Shown here in pieces: positions 24,824-32,000 of a stretch of DNA of 32,000 bases. This DNA is from an uncultured Erysipelotrichaceae bacterium. GTDB lineage: Bacteria > Bacillota_I > Bacilli_A > Erysipelotrichales > Erysipelotrichaceae. The notes beneath the pieces were generated by a model. It was not told the DNA's origin. It saw only the letters and a list, made by a program, of their open reading frames with translations, and searched no databases. Each line of letters begins with the position of its first letter. The stretch's first letter is position 1. The stretch is taken from positions 1,800,001 to 1,832,000 of the forward strand of contig OW818653.1 in assembly GCA_942492995.1 (NCBI GenBank), written 5' to 3'. Position numbers and translations under genes: made by a program.

Positions 24824-25549
24824 ATGTTCGAAAATAGAAAAGCGCTTTATATCTCCGTCATTGAAACGATTAATAGCTATATTAAGAATCATGATCTTAA
24901 GCCAGGAGATCAGATTCCATCGGAACCTGAGTTAGTTCATCTCTTAAACGTATCCCGTGCGACTGTTCGTATGGCGATGCAAGAATTGGTCAATGCTGGA
25001 GTACTTGAGAAGGTACAAGGTAAAGGGACGTTTGTAAAACCTCCTTCAACATCCATAGATATTAATCAATTCCTAAGTTTCTCAACACTCGCGAAAACGA
25101 TCGGTTCTAAACATCGATCAGTCGTAGCGCGTTTAGAGAAATTGGATAATCCACCCAAAGATGTGTGTGATGAATTAAACATTCATCCTGGCGAAAGTGT
25201 TTGGTTTATTCAGCGCCAACGTTATTTAGATGAAGAACCTGCTCTATTCGAGGAAACGTATATTCCATTTAAATTCTTTAAGAATCTAGATGGTTATCGA
25301 TTAGAAAAAGAAAGTATCTACGATGTATTTGAAGATTATGGATTCCATTATTTAACCGGAAAAGAGCGAATCTTACCGATTGCGCTTAACGAAGAAGTCG
25401 CAAAATTCTTCGGTGTTGAAGTTGGAGACCCAGCTATAATCTTAATCAAATCAATGAAGAATTATAATCAACCCGTAGAATACACAAAAGGGATATTCAA
25501 GAATGGCAAATATGAATTATCCGCAAGTATTGTGAAGATTAACCTCTAA
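24824..25549 (+). CDS. GntR-family (HutC/UTRA subfamily) transcriptional regulator
   Basis: IPSEPELVHLLNVSRATVRMAMQELVNAGVLEKVQGKGTFV wHTH plus a UTRA-type C-terminal domain. A GGAGG SD is present. Confidence 0.9.
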   Translation: MFENRKALYISVIETINSYIKNHDLKPGDQIPSEPELVHLLNVSRATVRMAMQELVNAGVLEKVQGKGTFVKPPSTSIDINQFLSFSTLAKTIGSKHRSVVARLEKLDNPPKDVCDELNIHPGESVWFIQRQRYLDEEPALFEETYIPFKFFKNLDGYRLEKESIYDVFEDYGFHYLTGKERILPIALNEEVAKFFGVEVGDPAIILIKSMKNYNQPVEYTKGIFKNGKYELSASIVKINL

Positions 25550-25560
25550 AGGAGACAAAC

Positions 25561-26028
25561 ATGCCAAACATATTACTCGGTAGAATCGATAATCGACTCG
25601 TACATGGACAAGTAGGCGTAACTTGGACAAAGACAATAGGCTGTAACTTAATTGTGGTCGTAGATGATGAACTTGTAAACGATAAGCTCCAACAGGATCT
25701 TATGGCGATAACTGCAGATAATGCAGGAGTACAAATTCGTTTCTTCTCCATACAAAAAACCATTGACGTGATTTACAAAGCAGCGGATAGTCAAAAAATA
25801 TTCATCGTAACTAAGACACCACAAGTGATGTTAGCGCTTATTGAAGGGAATGTCCCAATTAAAACAGTTAATGTTGGGAATATGCATTTCTCGAATGGTA
25901 AACATCAATTATCTAAAAAAGTGTATGTCGATGATGAAGAAATGAATAGTTTACGAAAAATAAAATCTTTGGGGGTTGATATCTTCATTCAAGATATCCC
26001 AGGAGATATAAAAGAATCAATAGAATAG
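25561..26028 (+). CDS. PTS mannose/fructose/sorbose-family EIIB component
   Basis: The N-terminus LLGRIDNRLVHGQVGVTWTK contains the phospho-His of EIIB-Man. Confidence 0.9.
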   Translation: MPNILLGRIDNRLVHGQVGVTWTKTIGCNLIVVVDDELVNDKLQQDLMAITADNAGVQIRFFSIQKTIDVIYKAADSQKIFIVTKTPQVMLALIEGNVPIKTVNVGNMHFSNGKHQLSKKVYVDDEEMNSLRKIKSLGVDIFIQDIPGDIKESIE

Positions 26029-26044
26029 GTGAAAGGAGAGAAAA

Positions 26045-26821
26045 ATGCAAATCACACTTGTTCAAGGTATTTTATTAGCATTGGCGTGTATTGTGATTGG
26101 GGTCGATTATTGGTTAGAGGCATTCTTTATTTTTAGACCAATTATCGTCGCTACAATTACAGGTTTAATTTTAGGGGATCTAAAATTAGGGTTAATTGCG
26201 GGGGGTTTAACAGAACTCGCTTTCGCTGGTTTAACACCAGCTGGAGGAACTCAACCACCAAATCCAATCTTAGCAGGGGTTATGACAGTTGTTATTGCGT
26301 ATACGACGAATACAAGTCCAGCATTAGCGATTGGTTTAGCATTACCATTTAGTATTCTTATGCAATACGTAATCTTATTCTTCTACTCATCATTCTCAAT
26401 GTTTATGGCAAAAGCTGATCATTATGCAGAAAATGCGGACGTTAAGGGTTTAACAAACTTAAACTATCTAACTACCGCAATCGTAGCTCTATCGTATGGT
26501 ATCATCGTATTCTTATCTGCCTATGCAGCACAAGATTTACTAAGATCTCTAATTGAAGTTCTACCTGCATGGTTAATCCATGGTCTAGAAATCGCCGGTG
26601 GTATATTACCTGCAGTCGGATTCGCAATGTTGTTAAATGTAATGTTAAAACTAAAATACATTCCATTCTTCATTATTGGATTCTTCTTAATTACATATTT
26701 ACCAATCGCAAACTTATTACCAGTAGCGGTAATTGGTCTAGCACTTGGAATGTACGATTATTTCTTTGTGAAGTCAGATGAAGATAAAGCGAAGGGTGGT
26801 GCTCAAAATGAAGGAATCTAA
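26045..26821 (+). CDS. PTS mannose-family EIIC component
   Basis: A 258-aa polytopic membrane protein positioned between the IIB and IID genes. The GGLTELAFAGLTPAGG region is typical of EIIC-Man. Confidence 0.88.
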   Translation: MQITLVQGILLALACIVIGVDYWLEAFFIFRPIIVATITGLILGDLKLGLIAGGLTELAFAGLTPAGGTQPPNPILAGVMTVVIAYTTNTSPALAIGLALPFSILMQYVILFFYSSFSMFMAKADHYAENADVKGLTNLNYLTTAIVALSYGIIVFLSAYAAQDLLRSLIEVLPAWLIHGLEIAGGILPAVGFAMLLNVMLKLKYIPFFIIGFFLITYLPIANLLPVAVIGLALGMYDYFFVKSDEDKAKGGAQNEGI

Positions 26822-27608
26822 AAAAGTATTAACGAGTAAAGATATAACCGCAATGGCGTATCGCTCAGCCTTCCTACAAGCATCCTTCAACTATGAACGT
26901 ATGCAAGCAGGTGGTTGGACAGTCGCAATGTTGCCAGCACTTGAAAAAATTTATAAAGATGACAAACAAGGTTTAGCTGCCGCGATGACCGATAATATGC
27001 AATTCATCAATACGCATCCTACACTTGTTCCATTCCTAATGACATTATTATTATCCTTAGAAGAAAACGGTTCAGATCGTAATCTAATCAAAGGGATTAA
27101 AGTTGGTCTATTCGGTCCATTAGCTGGTATCGGCGATGCGATCTTCTGGTTTACTGTATTACCTATTATGGCTGGTATCAGTTCATCCTTCGCACTTGAA
27201 GGCAATGTCATTGGTCCAATCCTATTCTTCTTAGTCTATGTTGGTATCTTCTTGATGCGTTTCCCACTTGCGAAAGCAGGGTATGAACTTGGGACAACCG
27301 CTCTTGATTCATTAAGAGAAAGTTCTAAGAAACTATCACGTGCCGCAACGATCTTAGGGACAACTGTTATTGGCGCATTGGCTGCGGCTTATGTACACAT
27401 TACATTACTTCCTACAATCACAATTAATGAAGGTGTAACGATTTCAATCCAAACCGCATTCATTGACAAGATTTTCCCTAATCTATTACCGTTGGCTTAT
27501 GTATTCACAATGTTCTACTTCATTCGTGTTAAGAAAGTAAGTCCTACAATTCTTATCCTAGTTACGATTGTATTAACGATTGTACTATCATTCTTAGGAA
27601 TTCTATAA
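26808..27608 (+). CDS. PTS mannose-family EIID component
   Basis: RSAFLQASFNYERMQAGGW is the conserved EIID N-terminal motif. I place the start at the ATG at 26808 (AAGGGTGG SD), overlapping the IIC gene by 14 nt, rather than 26778. Confidence 0.88.
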   Translation: MKESKKVLTSKDITAMAYRSAFLQASFNYERMQAGGWTVAMLPALEKIYKDDKQGLAAAMTDNMQFINTHPTLVPFLMTLLLSLEENGSDRNLIKGIKVGLFGPLAGIGDAIFWFTVLPIMAGISSSFALEGNVIGPILFFLVYVGIFLMRFPLAKAGYELGTTALDSLRESSKKLSRAATILGTTVIGALAAAYVHITLLPTITINEGVTISIQTAFIDKIFPNLLPLAYVFTMFYFIRVKKVSPTILILVTIVLTIVLSFLGIL

Positions 27609-27614
27609 GAATCT

Positions 27615-27646
27615 AAACAGGGTAGACTTTCTACCCTGTTTTATTT
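27615..27646 (+). terminator. Rho-independent terminator after the PTS genes
   Basis: 11-bp stem aaacagggtag / ctaccctgttt with loop acttt, followed by a T-rich tail. Confidence 0.75.
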
Positions 27647-27687
27647 TGAGTATTAAATGTCCATTAGGATAGAAGGTGAGACGTGAT

Positions 27688-28749
27688 ATGTTAGATAAAC
27701 CCTATAATTCGTATTACATGTATAACGAGATTTATGAACAAGCAACAGTTGTACCAAATACATTAAAAAAGAATCATAAGTATTTCTTAGAAATAGCTGA
27801 AATCGTAAGAGTTCGTAATATTAAAGAAATCATCCTAGTAGCACGTGGTTCCAGTGAACATGCTTGTTTAATTGCGAAGTATATCGCAGAAATTCATACA
27901 AAGATACGTATATCCTTGGTACAACCATCGATTATTACAGCCTATCAAGGTAAAGTCGATTACTCGAATACCTTATGTATCGGTGTATCACAATCCGGTG
28001 GCGCATTGGATGTCATTAAGGTTGTGGAGTATTGTAAAGACCAAGGTGCAGAAACAGTTACGATAACCAATGTCCCTAACTCTGCTTTATCTAAAGTCGG
28101 TGATATTAACATAAACAATGAATGTGGTGTGGAAAATTGTGTTACCGCAACTAAATCATTCATGACTCAGGTTGTATTATTGATGGCAATTATTGCACAT
28201 ATTGCGGACGATAAGGAACTAATCAAAACACTTAATAAACTGGATGAATCCGTTAAGTTAGCACTAAGTTATGAAGATCAAGTTAAACAGTTTGTCCCAA
28301 TGTTTAAAGATGAAAAAGGATTACTAATCTTCGCACGTGGTATACAATTTGCGATGGGCTTAGAAATCGAACTGAAGTTTCAAGAAACATGTACGATTGA
28401 TGCACGTTGTTACGCAAGCAGTGATTATCGTCATGGACCAATTGTGACTGCGAATAATAATACCTATCCTGCCTTATTCTATATCGCAGATAAGTACACA
28501 AATTATGATTCGATTGAATTAATTCATAAGATGCATAATGATAAACAAATGCCAGTTCTTGCGTTTACCGATCAAAAAGAAATTGCGGATAAGTATCCAT
28601 CAATTTTAATAGATTCGAATGATAATTATATTAACGCATTATTTATGAATCTTGTATTATCTCAATTCTTAGCCTTTATGTGTTCTGTAGCACGAGGTTA
28701 TAATCCAGATGCGCCAATAGGCGTCACAAAGAATACAGTTACCTATTAA
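27688..28749 (+). CDS. Double-SIS sugar-amine phosphate isomerase/deglycase, FrlB/GlmS-C-terminal-like
   Basis: VARGSSEHA and GVSQSGGALD motifs in SIS domain 1 and a second SIS domain (FARGIQFAMGLEIELKFQE). I favour the ATG at 27688 (GAAGGTGA SD) over the GTG at 27676. Confidence 0.75.
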   Translation: MLDKPYNSYYMYNEIYEQATVVPNTLKKNHKYFLEIAEIVRVRNIKEIILVARGSSEHACLIAKYIAEIHTKIRISLVQPSIITAYQGKVDYSNTLCIGVSQSGGALDVIKVVEYCKDQGAETVTITNVPNSALSKVGDININNECGVENCVTATKSFMTQVVLLMAIIAHIADDKELIKTLNKLDESVKLALSYEDQVKQFVPMFKDEKGLLIFARGIQFAMGLEIELKFQETCTIDARCYASSDYRHGPIVTANNNTYPALFYIADKYTNYDSIELIHKMHNDKQMPVLAFTDQKEIADKYPSILIDSNDNYINALFMNLVLSQFLAFMCSVARGYNPDAPIGVTKNTVTY

Positions 28750-28750
28750 A

Positions 28751-28780
28751 AAAATGCGGAATTCCGCATTTTATATTTTA
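28751..28780 (+). terminator. Rho-independent terminator
   Basis: Palindrome aaatgcggaattccgcattt followed by T-rich sequence. A second hairpin, tgcggttataaccgca (28791-28806), faces the convergent gene. Confidence 0.7.
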
Positions 28781-28807
28781 TAAGCAATTATGCGGTTATA
28801 ACCGCAA

Positions 28808-29545
28808 CTATAGATCCACATCAACGGTAAACTTAAAGTAATCTGCGACAGCCCATATTTCTGATGCTTCAATTAAATGTCCTTCAGAATTGAAACACTT
28901 CGAAGTTGTATGAATCGAAGGGATGCCTTCAGAATGACTTAATGCATGCGCAATATATTTTGGCATACTATCAATTCGCATTTCACGTTTAACAGTATAC
29001 GTATCTTTCTTAATTTCAAATACATATGGATAGAACTTGAAATCAGTTAAATCTAATGTACTGACATCAGGTAAGTACTTTGTAGATAAATACTCATCTA
29101 AATAAACAATTGGGTGATCATTACCTGTATAAATACGTTTAACTAAAACTAGATTATCATCGTCATCAAACTCTTTTATCGACTTCTTTAAAGATGAACT
29201 TGTTAAATTAATCTGGTCAATATGGACGATGTTAGGTTCTAAACCAATGGCTTTGATACTCTCAACGATTGCTCTTAGAACATAATTCTGTGCAGTAGGT
29301 AAGATATTCTTCTTAATCTTATAGGAATCCACAAACTCTAGTACATTTGATTTTATCAACGCATTATACGCTGTTTGAACATCCTTTACATTAATCTGTA
29401 ATGTATCAGCTAATTCTTGAACTGGTGGAAATGAATAATCATCTGGAAACGTTTTAGACATAATAATCGAATACAACGATAATTCTAATTGTTTACTTAT
29501 CGTTTGATTACGACGTTTATCAAGCTGAATGTATTTCTCTATCAT
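28808..29545 (-). CDS. Divergent GntR/UTRA-like regulator (second of a tandem pair)
   Basis: FPPVQELADTLQINVKDVQTAYNALIKSNVLEF keeps the GntR wHTH spacing but lacks the GxGxFV end. The C-terminal half is UTRA-sized. Its ATG overlaps the upstream stop (ATGA at 29542-29545). Confidence 0.6.
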   Translation of the reverse strand: MIEKYIQLDKRRNQTISKQLELSLYSIIMSKTFPDDYSFPPVQELADTLQINVKDVQTAYNALIKSNVLEFVDSYKIKKNILPTAQNYVLRAIVESIKAIGLEPNIVHIDQINLTSSSLKKSIKEFDDDDNLVLVKRIYTGNDHPIVYLDEYLSTKYLPDVSTLDLTDFKFYPYVFEIKKDTYTVKREMRIDSMPKYIAHALSHSEGIPSIHTTSKCFNSEGHLIEASEIWAVADYFKFTVDVDL

Positions 29546-30288
29546 GTTTGTACCTCAAACGAATAGGTATGAATGTTCGTACTTCCATTGATAACGATAC
29601 TTGAATAGAGTTGAATTCTATCTTGATCATCTTTGTAGTTAATCGTGTAATGGATCACTGAAGCACTTGGTTCTATCCCTAAAGATTTAGCATAGATATC
29701 ACGAACTTTTTCACCTCGATATAGAATCTGAGCTTTCTTTAACTTCAACTGTAGTACTTTATCAATTGCCATAAACGTATCTTCACTATGGAGTATCGTC
29801 TCTGATTGATATAGATTCACATCATGTGGAATAAAATACTCCACAATCGCAAATGGCATTCGATCAATTTGAATGAGTTGAGTAATACGCAATGCTTCAT
29901 TACGAATCGGTTTTAGAATTTCAGGGAATTGTGCATAATCCGATTTAATCGTTTCGATTAAGAGATTACGTTGGCTATACGAATAACCTAAACTTTCGAT
30001 CAAACGTTTAATTCGTACGATATCATAATCCTTAAACGATAAGATTGGTCTCTTCGATACGAATGTTCCTCTACGTTTAATTCGAACAATCAATCCTTCA
30101 TTCGCAAGCGCTTCATAAGCCATACGTACCGCAATACGACTGACATTATAAAACTCCGCAATTTCTTCTTCAAATGGTAAAGCCGCATTATTTTCGAGTT
30201 CACCACTTAAAATTGCATTACGAATACTTTGATGGATTTGCTTGTACAAAGGCATCCTTAATTCTTTATTTAAGTATATGTAGTTCAT
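29542..30288 (-). CDS. GntR-family (HutC/UTRA) transcriptional regulator (first of a tandem pair)
   Basis: MPLYKQIHQSIRNAILSGELENNAALPFEEEIAEFYNVSRIAVRMAYEALANEGLIVRIKRRGTFV. The start may be the internal ATG at 30255; neither candidate has a good SD. Confidence 0.85.
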   Translation of the reverse strand: MNYIYLNKELRMPLYKQIHQSIRNAILSGELENNAALPFEEEIAEFYNVSRIAVRMAYEALANEGLIVRIKRRGTFVSKRPILSFKDYDIVRIKRLIESLGYSYSQRNLLIETIKSDYAQFPEILKPIRNEALRITQLIQIDRMPFAIVEYFIPHDVNLYQSETILHSEDTFMAIDKVLQLKLKKAQILYRGEKVRDIYAKSLGIEPSASVIHYTINYKDDQDRIQLYSSIVINGSTNIHTYSFEVQT

Positions 30289-30351
30289 ACTATAAGAGTA
30301 ACATTATTATACAAAAAAATATAGAACTTATCATATATATAACATTATGTA

Positions 30352-31614
30352 TTAAACTTTGTGAATTTTACGATAATCATCTAAAGTGAGTTGAGTCGGG
30401 TAATTGTCAATAATCGTATTTAATTTATTTGGATTTAACATTATCTCTTCAATTGTGGACAATAATACATACGCTGGATAGATTAATGCCTCATCTGAAT
30501 TAACCATTCTAAAGTCTTTACCATGGACGAGTCCCTTACATCCAGAAAAGCCTAATTGAATTGTAGGTTTAAATAAGGATAAGTCACCCATATCACCAGC
30601 CGCAAAGGATTTCTGATGATCGATGATATTTTTATCAGGAATTAGTTCTTGGATAAAAGGAAGTAAGACATTGTTTAATTCGCGTGATTGGTGTAAAGGC
30701 ATGTATCCCATACGATCTTCAATTTCAACCGTTGCGAATAATGCTTGTGCACAATGGGACGCAATATGATTAAGCTTAGAATTTAACTCTAATAGTTTGT
30801 CAGGGTTAATGGAACGAACGTAACCTTCTAAGATTGTATCTGAAGGGATTGAGTTTACACTGTGTCCGCCATTGGTTGTGATGAGGTGAAGGCGTATGCG
30901 ATCATCTTCTAAAAACGTTTCACGTAACAATGCATATGCGTTCTGTGTCAGTATTTGTGCATTTAATGCGTTAATCCCAAGATGAGGCATAACCGCCGCA
31001 TGCGCAGCTTGCCCTTTGAAATGTAACTTCTTATAGATAAATCCACTTAATGACGCATTAATCTCCATCGACGCAGATTGCGTTTCTCCCATAGTATGTA
31101 CCGATAGGAAACAATCTACATCGCTAAACGCATTTTGTAGGATTAGATTTTGTTTACCGGATAATAATTCTATTTTCATATTCGCTTGTAAATCCAATCT
31201 GAAATCAAGGTCCACAAACTCTTCTGCTGCGATGAAATAACATGATAATGTACCCTGTGGTTTATCCTTATAGTCATTCCATAGTTTAAATACATGCGAA
31301 AGGATTGTGGTTTGAAGATGATGCCCACATGCATGCGCTGCCCCATCCGGTCCTGCATTTGGATGATCTAATACAAGTAACGCATCCATTTCCGCAATAA
31401 GTGCGATATGAGGTTTGCCTTGTCCTACTTTAATTGAGAATCCACTTAATCCAAAATCTTGATCGATTTGGATATTGTTCGAATGTAAAAATTCGACAAG
31501 AATTCTTCGTGTTTCTTTTTCTTTAAACCCTAATTCCGGATGATTAAATAAGTTAGATTCCATCGCTTCAAGCGATGCTTTATTTAAAACTAATTGATTG
31601 TGCCAATGATTCAT
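30352..31614 (-). CDS. M20-family metallo-amidohydrolase (aminoacylase/peptidase M20D-like)
   Basis: Metal-binding AAHACGHHLQ, ALIAEMDAL, the length (420 aa) and a dimerisation-domain-sized insert all fit the family. Confidence 0.75.
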   Translation of the reverse strand: MNHWHNQLVLNKASLEAMESNLFNHPELGFKEKETRRILVEFLHSNNIQIDQDFGLSGFSIKVGQGKPHIALIAEMDALLVLDHPNAGPDGAAHACGHHLQTTILSHVFKLWNDYKDKPQGTLSCYFIAAEEFVDLDFRLDLQANMKIELLSGKQNLILQNAFSDVDCFLSVHTMGETQSASMEINASLSGFIYKKLHFKGQAAHAAVMPHLGINALNAQILTQNAYALLRETFLEDDRIRLHLITTNGGHSVNSIPSDTILEGYVRSINPDKLLELNSKLNHIASHCAQALFATVEIEDRMGYMPLHQSRELNNVLLPFIQELIPDKNIIDHQKSFAAGDMGDLSLFKPTIQLGFSGCKGLVHGKDFRMVNSDEALIYPAYVLLSTIEEIMLNPNKLNTIIDNYPTQLTLDDYRKIHKV

Positions 31615-31700
31615 AAAAATTCCTCTTTTTTACTAAATTATCGTTTCTTTTATTCACTATACCACGATAAATGGATTATGATTATATAAATGGAGGCGAT

Positions 31701-32000
31701 ATGAAATCCGTCATTATTCTCGCACACCCGTATCCGAATAGTTTCAATCATGTGATTAAAGATGTCGTAGTTCAAGCATTAATAGATAAGAAAGAAGTTA
31801 AGGTAATTGATTTAGTAAAAGATGAATTTGACCCAGTATTAAGTCAAGAAGACTTGCGTTTATACATGCAAGGTCTATCATCTGATCCAAAAGTTATGGA
31901 ATATCAAAGCGATTTATTGGATTGTGATGACTTGGTATTAATCTTTCCGATTTGGTGGTATGAAGCACCTGCAATCTTAAAAGGATTCTTGGATAAAGTC
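31701..32000 (+). CDS. Flavodoxin_2-type NAD(P)H dehydrogenase (quinone), N-terminal fragment (3' end lies outside the window)
   Basis: MKSVIILAHPYPNSFNHVIKD...DDLVLIFPIWWYEAPAILKGFLDKV is the typical NQO/YwrO/KefF-like signature. A GGAGG SD lies 6 nt upstream. Confidence 0.8.
   Translation, partial: MKSVIILAHPYPNSFNHVIKDVVVQALIDKKEVKVIDLVKDEFDPVLSQEDLRLYMQGLSSDPKVMEYQSDLLDCDDLVLIFPIWWYEAPAILKGFLDKV

Noticed and set aside
24700-24837. 45-codon small ORF (MNLKFDKNKIKKKTLAQNKCHSYNDVRLSVQVSIIECQEVNYVRK) with an AAGGAG upstream
   Set aside because: It overlaps the predicted TTGCAC-17-TATAAT promoter and the start of the GntR gene. It is Lys/Asn-rich as expected from AT-rich non-coding DNA, and the SD spacing is long (9 nt). 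There is no supporting evidence.
1-32000. Alternative genetic code (Mollicutes-type, TGA = Trp), suggested by the low GC
   Set aside because: TGA terminates well-supported genes, for example the response regulator at 152-154 and the first GntR gene at 29542-29544. Trp positions in conserved motifs are TGG. The standard code fits all ORFs.

Overview
This is a low-GC (roughly 30-36% by eye) Gram-positive-type chromosome segment that uses the standard genetic code: TGA acts as a stop and TGG encodes Trp. I cannot assign a species. About 85% of the window is ordinary, well-supported coding sequence dominated by carbohydrate and amino-sugar catabolism. The main blocks are: the end of an OmpR/histidine-kinase two-component pair (1-1581); a LacI-controlled locus with GH4 glycosidase, ABC importer, amidohydrolase, AgaS-like SIS enzyme and BadF-type kinase (5817-14632); an HxlR/reductase/methyltransferase group (14705-17069); a MurNAc recycling operon of EIIA-Glc, BglG-type antiterminator, murP-like EIIBC, mupG and murQ (18874-23706, minus strand); and a GntR-controlled mannose-family PTS (IIB/IIC/IID) with an FrlB-like SIS enzyme, two tandem GntR paralogs and an M20 amidohydrolase (24824-31614). 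The unusual part is a visibly more AT-rich, integrase-less accessory island at about 1613-5712. It holds a decayed DinD/antirepressor-like gene and an orphan AbiEi-type antitoxin gene whose ribosome-binding site lies in a perfect 17-bp inverted repeat. It also holds a divergent two-gene module pairing an AbiEi/DUF6088-like protein with an AlbA_2 (Schlafen-type)-HATPase_c_4-wHTH protein. That module ends in a perfect 10-bp x 30 tandem repeat. A roughly 90%-identical, internally deleted copy of the 3' end of the reductase gene at 14705-15265 sits at 5714-5835, so a direct repeat brackets the 9-kb sugar locus. All functional calls rest on motif recognition by eye; no database search was run.
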